The notes under the pieces: model-generated
What the model saw: only the letters and a program-made list of their open reading frames with translations
Database searches by the model: none
Told to the model about the DNA's origin: nothing
Position numbers and translations under genes: made by a program
Shown: piece after piece, positions 1 through 9,040 of the stretch
Position numbering within the stretch: the stretch's first letter is position 1
Layout of the letters: every line of letters begins with the position of its first letter
DNA from: Promethearchaeota archaeon
GTDB taxonomy: Archaea > Asgardarchaeota > Hermodarchaeia > Hermodarchaeales > Hermodarchaeaceae
Direction: 5' to 3'
DNA length: 64,000 nt
Assembly (NCBI GenBank): GCA_048939245.1
Contig: JBHLPR010000003.1
Span: 17,895 to 81,894, forward strand

Positions 1-1849
1 CTGCTTCTTCCAATTGGTTACGCCAGTTTGATATGTCTCCCTTAACAACTGATTTTGCTTGGCCATTATAATGAAGTAGGTCCATTATCGCTAAACGTGT
101 GGAGCATGATTCTGCAGGAGTTCGAGCAACAGCGAATGGCAATCCAGTTTCTTCACTGTAAATCTTCCGAATATGTTCCATCTCTGCAATGACGCGTAAT
201 CCAAATCGCAAAGCTTCTTGACTCTCATGTAGTTGAGTTCCTGTGTGGTATTGGACCATCTCATTAACTCCAACAAAGCCGAAAATCGGTGATGAGTTGA
301 GAATGTCAAAAAGTGGTGGAGCTGTGTCACCATTAAATCGTGGTTGTTGGTTGAGAAATGGAAGCATACCATTATCCAATTGCTGTTTTATGAACTTGCG
401 TTTAATCATCAGCACACGTCTGGCTAACTCCATTTGTCCGCGAAGGTTCTCAAATAATACAGTATCATCCCCATTCGCGATATACGCCAAACGTGGCAAA
501 TTCAATGTTACGACCTGAAGGCCACCCATAGAGAAATGCGCACCATCTTCAAACATGATCTTCTTTTGAAATTCTTCAGAACTAATATCCTCCTCAAGTC
601 GAAAAGCGCAACACTGGTAACAATCTTGTCCTTCGGAATCCCTGTATCCCGGAATTACATTATCGAAGTAACTACTACCAAATTTTGCGGAGAGTTTAGT
701 GGCTAAATACATGTTTTCTTCATGTTCGCTTTTAGTGAAATACTCTCGACGAACTCGAATTTCGGGTTTGGGGAAGCTAAACATCTTTCCCCACGCATCC
801 CCTTCGAGATAGGTCTCAAGTATAGTTGTCATGAATGTTCGAGCCTCATCCTCGTACTCCCCATATGAATCCGGTCCAACTCTTCCACGATAGACTACAG
901 GGGCATCACGCCAGATTTTGGGAATGCCTGATTCAAGTTGAATGCTCGAGAAGACTAGTTGCCCGCCTCGAGAGACGTATGTTTCGTTGGCTTCGAAGAG
1001 GATTGTTTGAGCAAGCTGTTTAATCTCTCGAGGAGACTTTCCGCGGAGGAAAGGCGCCAAGAATACATTAAAATTGAAGAGTCCTTGACCGCCGGCGCAG
1101 TTTGTTTGGCCGGCTGCCAAGACTTTGATGAGGTGCAATATAGCCACCGTTGGGTACGACGCTGGTTTAGCAACTGCTGTTCTTTCACCAAGACCATCAC
1201 ACATCAATCCGTATTTGAAGAAGTATCTTGCATCGTAGTCTGCACAGAAGGGTCGGGTCCCAAAGTATTCAAGGTCATGTATATGAATATCTCCTGCAAG
1301 ATGCGCGTCAGAAAGTTCAGGTGGGAGCATTAGAAGGTATGCTTCCTTACAAAGCCGATCTGCAATCTTTTTATGGATTGTTTCAGGGTTAGGCTGCATA
1401 TTCGCATTTTCATGGGCCTCATAGCCATTTCCGCCAATGATATGACTAAAGTCCCACATAGGAACACCAACACGGGTCAAGGCATTACGATAAACTGCAA
1501 ATCGTGGGTCCTGCTTTGCTTTTTCAAGAAGTACTTGGTTTTGTATTTCTCGGATTAGAGGAGCACTGACAAAGGGAAGCTGCATTTGCTTGATTCGCCG
1601 CTCTACCTCATTTGCGATGCCCTTGGCTTCCTTTTGACTAATTGAGGGGATTTTAAAAAGTTCCTGGACTAACAGCGTTTCTCGGACGAGGGCATCAACA
1701 ATTTTCTTGGGATTCCAACTGCGAATTAATGCGTCGCTGGTGCGTACCATAGGCATGCCCGCTGCCTCTTTGCGAACCGCTTGAATCCAACGATCTAGTG
1801 ATAACGTTCTCTGCGTTGAATCTGTTGCTCTCCTCCTACGCCGGGCCAT
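1..1849 (-). CDS. nrdD: Anaerobic (class III) ribonucleoside-triphosphate reductase, archaeal type with N-terminal ATP-cone; truncated by left window edge
   Basis: Manual translation from ATG 1849 is open to the edge: MARRRRR...ENANMQPNPETIHK...GDIHIHDLEYFGTRPFC...GGQG...FSFPKP...DCYQCCAF...VVTLNLPR...TPAES. Absent from the ORF track because it has no stop in the window. Confidence 0.93.
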   Translation of the reverse strand, partial: MARRRRRATDSTQRTLSLDRWIQAVRKEAAGMPMVRTSDALIRSWNPKKIVDALVRETLLVQELFKIPSISQKEAKGIANEVERRIKQMQLPFVSAPLIREIQNQVLLEKAKQDPRFAVYRNALTRVGVPMWDFSHIIGGNGYEAHENANMQPNPETIHKKIADRLCKEAYLLMLPPELSDAHLAGDIHIHDLEYFGTRPFCADYDARYFFKYGLMCDGLGERTAVAKPASYPTVAILHLIKVLAAGQTNCAGGQGLFNFNVFLAPFLRGKSPREIKQLAQTILFEANETYVSRGGQLVFSSIQLESGIPKIWRDAPVVYRGRVGPDSYGEYEDEARTFMTTILETYLEGDAWGKMFSFPKPEIRVRREYFTKSEHEENMYLATKLSAKFGSSYFDNVIPGYRDSEGQDCYQCCAFRLEEDISSEEFQKKIMFEDGAHFSMGGLQVVTLNLPRLAYIANGDDTVLFENLRGQMELARRVLMIKRKFIKQQLDNGMLPFLNQQPRFNGDTAPPLFDILNSSPIFGFVGVNEMVQYHTGTQLHESQEALRFGLRVIAEMEHIRKIYSEETGLPFAVARTPAESCSTRLAIMDLLHYNGQAKSVVKGDISNWRNQLEEA

Positions 1850-2102
1850 ATCCGTTGCTCCTCAGAAATGTTGTAAGAGTTGATTCGTTAAACTGATTAT
1901 TTGCGAATAGTTCTGATTGATGTAAGACCTTCTGATCAATGACCAGTGCGGGTGTGTTGTAGATATTCAGCATCAGTGCATCGACTTGCGCGTCGGGTTC
2001 CTCTACCATGCGTACTGTATGCTCAATATTGTGGTCTTGCAGATATTGTTTCAGTGCCTCACATCGAGGACATACACTGCTAGAGTAGACCACACAGACC
2101 AC
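1836..2102 (-). CDS. nrdH: NrdH/glutaredoxin-like redoxin
   Basis: CPRC motif and TP cis-proline motif (NTPALVID). GTG at 2102 follows a GGAGG RBS. Overlaps the nrdD start. Confidence 0.8.
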   Translation of the reverse strand: MVCVVYSSSVCPRCEALKQYLQDHNIEHTVRMVEEPDAQVDALMLNIYNTPALVIDQKVLHQSELFANNQFNESTLTTFLRSNGYGPA

Positions 2103-2402
2103 GAAAAGATCCCGCCTCCCATCTAATTTCACATCATTCCATAAAAATGCTATTTTAAGTCGGTAGTGATTTGAATACGCAAATAGCTGGGAAGTCAATT
2201 TTTGATTTGGAGAATTCTTGTCTTCGAACGATTCCAGCTTCCCCTTATTGCACCATAGCGCACTCTCACAAATTCTATTGTTAGAAAATACGAAAACTCC
2301 GCTTATTCGATGATTCATCAATTAAGATAGATTTTTGCACTGGTGATTTAATGGAAAATGACAAGAAAATACGCGCGCTTTGAATTGAAAGAAGCCAAAT
2401 TA

Positions 2403-2530
2403 GCCGCTCACTCGCTCTAGGTAACTATGATAGTTCATCCCGCGAGTGCGGTCACACAAATGCCTTCCTGTCATCGCGGATAAGCGACCAGAGACTTTTC
2501 AGCCTATCGATGCACATAAACCTACCGATA
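2403..2530 (-). ncRNA. Candidate structured RNA (four adjacent hairpins)
   Basis: Minus-strand stems UAUCGGU/AUCGAUA, GGCU-GAAA-AGUC, UCUG..GUCGC/GCGAU..CAGG and CCGC.ACUCGC/GCGAGU.GCGG. Confidence 0.35.
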
Positions 2531-2560
2531 CCTGATTTCTAATTTAAGGCGAGGAAAATC

Positions 2561-3439
2561 ATGAACGCTGATCCATGTATCCACTTTAGTCATCAACTCT
2601 ATGATTTACTAACTAAGATGATTTCACAAAATCTTACCTCTTCTATTGAACTGGGTGTATTATTTTCGGGAGGACTTGATAGTAGTGTAATAACTGCAAT
2701 ACTTACCAAGCTTCATCCAGCACCATTTCAACTCTTTGTAGCCGGTATTGAAGCAGCCAAAGATATCAACTTCGCTAGGAAAGCTGCCGAGGCTTTGAAT
2801 CTTCAACTTACAATACAATTGTTTACTGCAGCAGATGTAGAAGAGGCCCTCCCAACGATATTGTCTGTTCTAGAAACTGTTGATGTTTTACATGTGGAAT
2901 TAGCTATCCCACTTTTCTTTGCAGCTAAGTGTGCTAGCCAATTTAAGATTACAACACTTTTCAGTGGACAGGGTGCTGACGAGCTTTTTGGAGGATATGC
3001 CAAATATGAAAAACGCTTTCTTAACTCAGAAGAATCCACACTTAATGAAATGAAATCCGATCTCCTAACACTCTATGATAAAACCCTTCCCTCAATGACC
3101 GCCATAGTTTCTCACTTCAATGCACGATTAATTGTTCCGTTTTGTGAACAACCAATCAAGAACTTTGCTGACCTAATTCCCTTCTCATGTAAAATAGCTC
3201 AAATCTCTAAGAAGGTCATACGCAAACGAATTCTTCGGCTTCTTGCCAGAAATTTGAACCTTCCTTCCCAAATAGCTGATGCCCCCAAGCGGGCCCTTCA
3301 ATATGGATCCGGTACTCATCGTATCCTAAGTCGATTAGCTACTAGCTATTGGCTTAAAAAAAACCCAAAACTCTCAAAACGTAAAACAAGAACCCATGCG
3401 CGAATTGAGCAATATCTAACTCAGTTTACTGATACCTGA
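2561..3439 (+). CDS. Asparagine synthase C-terminal (adenylation) domain protein without a glutaminase domain
   Basis: SGGLDSS PP-loop, SGQGADELFGGY, KRALQYGSG; 292 aa. Confidence 0.85.
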   Translation: MNADPCIHFSHQLYDLLTKMISQNLTSSIELGVLFSGGLDSSVITAILTKLHPAPFQLFVAGIEAAKDINFARKAAEALNLQLTIQLFTAADVEEALPTILSVLETVDVLHVELAIPLFFAAKCASQFKITTLFSGQGADELFGGYAKYEKRFLNSEESTLNEMKSDLLTLYDKTLPSMTAIVSHFNARLIVPFCEQPIKNFADLIPFSCKIAQISKKVIRKRILRLLARNLNLPSQIADAPKRALQYGSGTHRILSRLATSYWLKKNPKLSKRKTRTHARIEQYLTQFTDT

Positions 3440-3480
3440 TTTTCCATATCAATAAGCGCATGAAGCCAATTCATTACTCA

Positions 3481-3870
3481 TCATTTCAGCATTCGCTTCA
3501 AACGCTTGGTCATCAAATCGATGATTAATGTAATTGCACCTAACGGAGCATTCCGATCGGCTATCAATGCCAACACATTGGCTTCGCTGATTCTTCGTAC
3601 TAGCAAATGCCCTCGTCCACACCGTAGCATCAAATCATTATATTTCCCGATTTTAAGGCTGCTCGCTGTTTGTTCGGATAGCGCACCAAGTGAAGCTATT
3701 GCTGCAGCTAATTCTAATTTCTCTACTTCCCCTTTACCCATAAGCACAATGAGCGGTAATCCGTCAGCTGTCATGACCGCAGCACTATAAATAAAGGGTT
3801 CCCGGCCCACCATTTCCTCTAAATAATTCTCTACTGTCGACATAGCTGAGGCATCGGAAGGTGATTGCAT
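3481..3870 (-). CDS. Roadblock/LC7 (MglB-like) domain protein
   Basis: AAVMTADGLPL...LAAAIASL...APLGAI pattern; 129 aa. Confidence 0.88.
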   Translation of the reverse strand: MQSPSDASAMSTVENYLEEMVGREPFIYSAAVMTADGLPLIVLMGKGEVEKLELAAAIASLGALSEQTASSLKIGKYNDLMLRCGRGHLLVRRISEANVLALIADRNAPLGAITLIIDLMTKRLKRMLK

Positions 3871-4026
3871 ACTTGTCTTCCCTCACTGTGAAGCTTTTAG
3901 TGTTTCCCGAAATATAGAACCCCAAAAATAAAGACAAAGATTCTACACCCAATCTTTACATTGTTATTTCAGTCTGCCAATACTTTTATTAATCACTCTG
4001 AATTTTCCTTGTCTACCCGTGCTTAG

Positions 4027-4527
4027 GTGGTTAACTTGTCAGAGAAAGGATCTAAATCCAAGGCGAAAACGAAGACCGCTAAGAAGTCTAGTGCGAAGGC
4101 GAAAACGAAGACCGCTAAGAAGTCTAGTGCGAAGGCGAAAACGAAGACCGCTAAAAAAACAACCAAGACTAAAAAGACAACTGTCAAAAAAACCAAGAAA
4201 AAGCGAAAAACTCAACCACCAACGAAGGCCAAACCCAAAAAGTCCCGCCGATTACCCTTGGAAGCACCGGTTAAAGGGGTGTTAATGAATTATCAACGTG
4301 GAACAGTTACTCAACGACCTCATTATGGGTTAATTCAATTGGAAGGGATAACCTCAGTATCTGACGCTGCTAAATACATTGGACGGTCCGTTATTCTACA
4401 TTTCAACGATCAAAAATCCACTCAAGGGCGTATTATTTCTGCACATGGGCGTAATGGAGTGCTCCGAGCTCGTTTTCGACGTGGTTTAGCTGCTGAAGCG
4501 ATAGCGAAGGAAGTTTTGGTTTACTAA
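4027..4527 (+). CDS. rpl35ae: 50S ribosomal protein L35Ae (eL33) with long Lys-rich N-terminal extension
   Basis: C-terminal ~85 aa: GVLMNYQRG...AAKYIGR...GRIISAHGRNGVLRARFRRGL. Confidence 0.9.
   Translation: MVNLSEKGSKSKAKTKTAKKSSAKAKTKTAKKSSAKAKTKTAKKTTKTKKTTVKKTKKKRKTQPPTKAKPKKSRRLPLEAPVKGVLMNYQRGTVTQRPHYGLIQLEGITSVSDAAKYIGRSVILHFNDQKSTQGRIISAHGRNGVLRARFRRGLAAEAIAKEVLVY
4060..4154 (+). repeat. Perfect 36-bp tandem repeat, ~2.6 copies, encoding KAKTKTAKKSSA
   Basis: aaggcgaaaacgaagaccgctaagaagtctagtgcg at 4060 and 4096, partial copy at 4132. Confidence 0.95.
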
Positions 4528-4610
4528 ACTTTCATTTTCAGTACAAAGAAACCTTTTTTGGTCACTCACCCCACAAAAGGATATTATTGAAAATGCCTTC
4601 TCGAGAGTAG

Positions 4611-5000
4611 GTGCGACGGATGATTGAAAATGAGAATAAGGTGAAGCGCAAGATTCAGCTTAGACCTGTGACAGTTAAACACCAAGAAATCTCATTACCT
4701 AAAGAAATCATCGAAAAAGCTGAAGCAGCAGAAGCTAAAGAGGCTGTTGAGGAAGAATCAAATCTATCTGCTGATCAACTCGCGATATTATTCGTCTGCC
4801 AACGGGGGCATCAATCATTCATTAGCGTTCTACAAGGGGTAAATAGCACCCGTATTCCCGTGGGTAAAAAACCACTCAGAGAAGCTGAGGTTCGCGCCCT
4901 CTTAGATGACCTCGAAACACAGGGTTATCTAAAGAAAGCGGAAATACATGACCAACCTACCTGGGCGGCAACTGAAAAAGCCCGAGCCTTGGAAACCTGA
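4611..5000 (+). CDS. Hypothetical protein with C-terminal winged-helix-like domain
   Basis: LSADQLAIL...EVRALLDDLETQGYLKK...WAATEKAR resembles a wHTH recognition helix and wing. Confidence 0.6.
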   Translation: MRRMIENENKVKRKIQLRPVTVKHQEISLPKEIIEKAEAAEAKEAVEEESNLSADQLAILFVCQRGHQSFISVLQGVNSTRIPVGKKPLREAEVRALLDDLETQGYLKKAEIHDQPTWAATEKARALET

Positions 5001-5091
5001 GTAACATTGTTAATCAAGGCTTTTCAAATTTCTCTAAATGACTATTGTTACTGCTACTAAGGCAGCAATTTAATAGTCAAGTTCTTGCATC

Positions 5092-5331
5092 CTAAAATTC
5101 GGCTGCAATTCGTTCGCCGTAATCGGTCAAGAAGTAAAAAGAGTGATATACTCCTCGACGCTGTTCGACGAGTCCCGCAGAAAGTAGCCGCTTTAGATGA
5201 TATGCAGCGGTACTTGGAGGGATATCTAATGCTCTTGCGATATCTCGCAAAAATGTTCGTTGCCCATTTAGGGTTGTTAAAATTTCTCGACGAGTGCGAT
5301 GACGTAATACTTTTTCTGTGATCGGAGTCAT
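5092..5331 (-). CDS. ArsR-like winged-helix transcriptional regulator
   Basis: RREILTTL...LRDIARALDIPPSTAAYHLKRLLSAGLV...LTDYG. Confidence 0.85.
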   Translation of the reverse strand: MTPITEKVLRHRTRREILTTLNGQRTFLRDIARALDIPPSTAAYHLKRLLSAGLVEQRRGVYHSFYFLTDYGERIAAEF

Positions 5332-5593
5332 ATTTTCTACCGTCCAGGAATCTCCGCCAACTCGAATGACATTTATTTTACGCTCTTAAATATATACTTT
5401 GCGGCATAAATACGTACATTACTCGTTATGGGCGTTATATACACTTCATGTCACCTATTCACCAAATCCGGTTGTGTCCTGATTTGCTATGGCTTAGTGC
5501 TGATAAAAACTCATAAGAACAGGAAGGCAGAGTTAAACTAAACATCTTAGTGCACCATGATAGACTTAGAAATACCCGCTGGCTGGGGTAGGC

Positions 5594-5965
5594 GTGTCGA
5601 AGAATCGAGGAAAAGATGCATATGACTTACTTATGTCCCTTCTTTCTCTAAGTGAGATTCAAAGGCGAATTCTCATTTCTCTCGCCCATATCTACCCACG
5701 TGCAGCCTCAGGTAAGCAGCTCATCACTTTGATTGGATATAGTGGAAAAGCGAAATCCTTGTATCGTGGTCCCCTTGAACGTCTCGAAAAAGAAGAGCTA
5801 ATTCTTGTTGATCGATTGACTCCACGTCTTCACTCAATTCGAGTAAACCATCTGCATCCTCTAATATCGTATCTACTCGAACTCATTGAAGCTCATGGAA
5901 AGAAAACGATGGAACTTTACACAAAAGCTCTCGAGGAGGGAACATCTGTTGACCGAGAAGAATGA
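5594..5965 (+). CDS. Winged-helix DNA-binding protein
   Basis: LSEIQRRILISL...SLYRGPLERLEKEELI. Confidence 0.65.
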   Translation: MSKNRGKDAYDLLMSLLSLSEIQRRILISLAHIYPRAASGKQLITLIGYSGKAKSLYRGPLERLEKEELILVDRLTPRLHSIRVNHLHPLISYLLELIEAHGKKTMELYTKALEEGTSVDREE

Positions 5966-6566
5966 GCAAGTGCTTACAAGCATGGTTAGGGAACAATACA
6001 TCATGGAATGGGGATTATTAGGCGTTCTTTGGACAGTGAGCATTATCTGTTCCTATATTCTTGTAATTAATCTGCTGCTTCTGCCTTCATTAGGTCCTCC
6101 TTGGACTCCCACCCCAGAGCAAACTTGGTGGCAGTGGTTACTTCTAGCTTTTCAACACCAGTATATTTGGCCTGCTGGGTTAGCAACAACCCTCGCTTTG
6201 GTTTTGACAATTAGTGTGACTATTTATTTCGCCTTTTGGATCCCGTCACGGGTTGATAAGACAATTCAAATCGAGTTACACCGAATAGGACCAACAACCA
6301 AACTAAGACTTCACAGACAATATGTAACAAAAATCAATTCAAAGGGGCTTCTTGTTACTAGGTTGCTGGCAAAAACGACGAGTTCAGGAGAATATGGGCT
6401 AGTTGTGCTAAGGGCTTCATTTCCGAATGTGTCATATGATGAGATAGAATCTGTAGCACAACGGAATTTCTTAGCCTGGGATAAAAATTCAATCGCGACC
6501 GTTTCTTCTGTCGATGAACTTCACTTCAAAATTACTCAACTTGCCCGTGCATTCGCTGAGCTATGA
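5949..6566 (+). CDS. Hypothetical membrane protein (2 TM plus soluble C-terminal domain)
   Basis: Two hydrophobic segments. TTG at 5949 follows a GAGGAGG RBS and overlaps the upstream gene. Confidence 0.7.
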   Translation: MTEKNEQVLTSMVREQYIMEWGLLGVLWTVSIICSYILVINLLLLPSLGPPWTPTPEQTWWQWLLLAFQHQYIWPAGLATTLALVLTISVTIYFAFWIPSRVDKTIQIELHRIGPTTKLRLHRQYVTKINSKGLLVTRLLAKTTSSGEYGLVVLRASFPNVSYDEIESVAQRNFLAWDKNSIATVSSVDELHFKITQLARAFAEL

Positions 6567-6578
6567 AACTAGTATTAA

Positions 6579-8237
6579 TTATCGGATAAGTTCGGTTACG
6601 GTTCCAATACATCGTGTATTGGCTTCTCGAGTTACAATCCGATCACCGATACGAAGCATCTCAGGTCCTTTTTTAAAGACCATGCGGACTCTAGCTACAT
6701 CACCGACAACTAGATACTCTTTATCAAAGATTTTTTCGTAGATAACCGGTTGTTGGATAGTGGAACTATGGAAGACCGGTTCGTAGCCTGTTCGGATTCG
6801 TGTAGGGTGTCGTGTTACGATGATGGTAGAATCGAATGCTTGAATTGCTTTAACATCCGCATCTTTGTCGCATATGATTTGCCCACGACGGATTTTTTCT
6901 GGGGTAAGGCGTTTGAGATCAAAGCCAAATACATCTCCCGCTTTTACACGTTCAACTCGTTTTTTGAATACTTCAATTGAGCCGATTCTCCCTTTCATGA
7001 ATCGTCCTTCGTTATCAGGACCACATAAAATTGGTTGACCTGGTTTGAAGATTCCTTCTTGCACTGTACCTGTAATCACCACATTGGTTCCTCGTATTCC
7101 TCGATAGACCTTATCGATGTAAGCAAAGGCTGGTCTTTCGATACGTTCATTGGGGATTCGGGAGGGCAGATCAACGAGGGTTTTTCGAAGCAGCTCTAAT
7201 CCATCACCCGTCACACAACTAACTTCAAAAACAGGGACAATTACTTTGTGAGCGATTTCCCGAAAGATGATGGAGATATCATCTTCCGATGTGACCCGGA
7301 GCGGTACATGCCCAATTTCTTTGATGGTTTCGAATACGAGATTGCGAACATGATTTCGTGTGGATTCATCGCAATCATCGATTTTGTTTATTACAACTAG
7401 GAAAGGCAGCTCTTGGTTTGAAACTAATAATAGGTGCTCTCGAGTGATATCATCTAAACGGAGTATCCCACTTCGTTGTTCTTCAGCAATTGCTAGTTTA
7501 TATTCGTCGAGGGAGGGAACGAGAACCATACTGTATTGTGCTGAAGCACCTAGTACGCTTCTAATCATGGTTTTGGCATATTCTTTGTGGCCAGGGGCGT
7601 CAAAGATTGTTATTATTCGGTGAGCTTGATCTAGAATCCGGGCACGTTTTGACTTGTCCAATGGTGCTTGCATAGCGATGAATTTACCTTCTTTGTCTAT
7701 CGCGGCAAACGTAACATGAAGATCCGCTGTTTGCCCTCTCTTCAATTCTTGGGGATACGTTAGGAGTACTGCTCTGGCATACCCACTTCCATCATCGAGT
7801 TTACCTTGGATCAGAACACCAGCTAGGGTTGTTTTTCCACTGTTTACCCGTCCAACTAAGTTTATACCCAATGTTTCGGGAACCATCGGAGTAATAACTC
7901 GGGCTAAGGTGAAACTTGTGACAATTCCTTGCTCGGTATTGTAATGTGTTTCTTCTAGAATCTCAATTCCCGCTTCCTTACATAGAGTTTTGAGGACGGA
8001 TTTACTGATTTCTACTTCATCGTTTGTGAGTCCATATACTTCCCATTTCTTTCCGTGAAGATCTTCGATTCCCACGACGAATTGTCCTAGCCCCTCGCTA
8101 GTAATTAATTTTAATTGGGCAATCAGTTTTGCCCCACGATCTCCAGCCTTGTCTTTATCAGTTAGTGAACGTTTAAACTCAGTATTTCGTGTTTCTCCAT
8201 TCTTTAGAAGTTGTTCGAGATTAAAATCCGATGTCAC
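6579..8237 (-). CDS. GTPBP1/2-like translational GTPase with N-terminal AlbA/Schlafen-like domain
   Basis: G1 GRVNSGKTT, RGQT, DAPGH, NKID, SCVTG; EF-Tu-like domains II/III; N-terminal ETRNTEFK motif. Confidence 0.88.
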   Translation of the reverse strand: MTSDFNLEQLLKNGETRNTEFKRSLTDKDKAGDRGAKLIAQLKLITSEGLGQFVVGIEDLHGKKWEVYGLTNDEVEISKSVLKTLCKEAGIEILEETHYNTEQGIVTSFTLARVITPMVPETLGINLVGRVNSGKTTLAGVLIQGKLDDGSGYARAVLLTYPQELKRGQTADLHVTFAAIDKEGKFIAMQAPLDKSKRARILDQAHRIITIFDAPGHKEYAKTMIRSVLGASAQYSMVLVPSLDEYKLAIAEEQRSGILRLDDITREHLLLVSNQELPFLVVINKIDDCDESTRNHVRNLVFETIKEIGHVPLRVTSEDDISIIFREIAHKVIVPVFEVSCVTGDGLELLRKTLVDLPSRIPNERIERPAFAYIDKVYRGIRGTNVVITGTVQEGIFKPGQPILCGPDNEGRFMKGRIGSIEVFKKRVERVKAGDVFGFDLKRLTPEKIRRGQIICDKDADVKAIQAFDSTIIVTRHPTRIRTGYEPVFHSSTIQQPVIYEKIFDKEYLVVGDVARVRMVFKKGPEMLRIGDRIVTREANTRCIGTVTELIR

Positions 8238-8315
8238 TCCGCTTCCTCACATAGTATATTTTCGTAATGAAAATAAATTGGGTGTCTGCATATCAGCCTT
8301 TTGTTTGCGTTCCAA

Positions 8316-8999
8316 CTAGTCGTCCATCAGCTTCTGTTCTCGAAGATAGGATATAATCGGAGTCAATGTTGAAAAAATTGCGATTGCCCCCTCAGCTCTA
8401 AGTTCTTTCTCGGTACGAAGTTTTGAACGCCGTGCAATACAGCGTATTCCTAGCTTATTTGCAGTCATGATATCGATGGTAGAATCACCAATGAATATTG
8501 TTTGTTCAGCAGGAATATCAAAATGGTTAAGAATTAATTCTAGCCCCGCAGTAGCTGGTTTCATGTGGGGCGCCTCTTCACGGGTAATTAATAAATCAAC
8601 ATATTCCATCAATCCAAATTTTTCCAAGAGATATTTGGCAACGGCTTTGTTGTCATTGGTTAAGATCGCAATATTGACTTGATACTGTTGTAGGGCTTTG
8701 AGAATCTCCTTGGCACCAGAAACTAACTGGGCTTTTTTTGCTCCTTCCCATTCGAATTTCACCGCCTCTAAATAGACCTCATCACGTAGTTTGCTTATCT
8801 CAATTGGAGTAAACCCTTTTTCACCCGCGTAGGCAAAAGCACTGCGGAGCAAGTCCTGCGTACTGTTCATTGGAAGAACGTGTGTCGGAAATTCATGTTC
8901 AATGAGTAGATCTCGAATAGCTTGTCGCATAGCCTGAAAATCAATCTCTGCCGTAACTAGAGTGCCATCTAAATCAAATACGACAAGCTCGATTGCCAT
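8316..8999 (-). CDS. HAD-family hydrolase (phosphoglycolate phosphatase-like)
   Basis: FDLDGTL, LTN, KP and IGDSTID motifs. Confidence 0.9.
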   Translation of the reverse strand: MAIELVVFDLDGTLVTAEIDFQAMRQAIRDLLIEHEFPTHVLPMNSTQDLLRSAFAYAGEKGFTPIEISKLRDEVYLEAVKFEWEGAKKAQLVSGAKEILKALQQYQVNIAILTNDNKAVAKYLLEKFGLMEYVDLLITREEAPHMKPATAGLELILNHFDIPAEQTIFIGDSTIDIMTANKLGIRCIARRSKLRTEKELRAEGAIAIFSTLTPIISYLREQKLMDD

Positions 9000-9040
9000 A
9001 AGAGCATTACTCCACTCTTTTGATTTGAATGTGGGCTCTG

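Noticed and set aside
91-1558. Small ORFs listed in the first 1.6 kb (and similar antisense ORFs throughout)
   Set aside because: Shadows of real genes, here nrdD.
2403-2530. Cobalamin riboswitch
   Set aside because: Lacks the GGGAA, GCAACUGU/GCCACUG and B12-box motifs.
4060-4154. 36-bp repeats as a CRISPR array
   Set aside because: Head-to-tail with no spacers, and in frame within a coding sequence.
4019-4285. Arg-rich 88-aa protamine-like ORF
   Set aside because: Alternative frame of the eL33 Lys-rich repeat.
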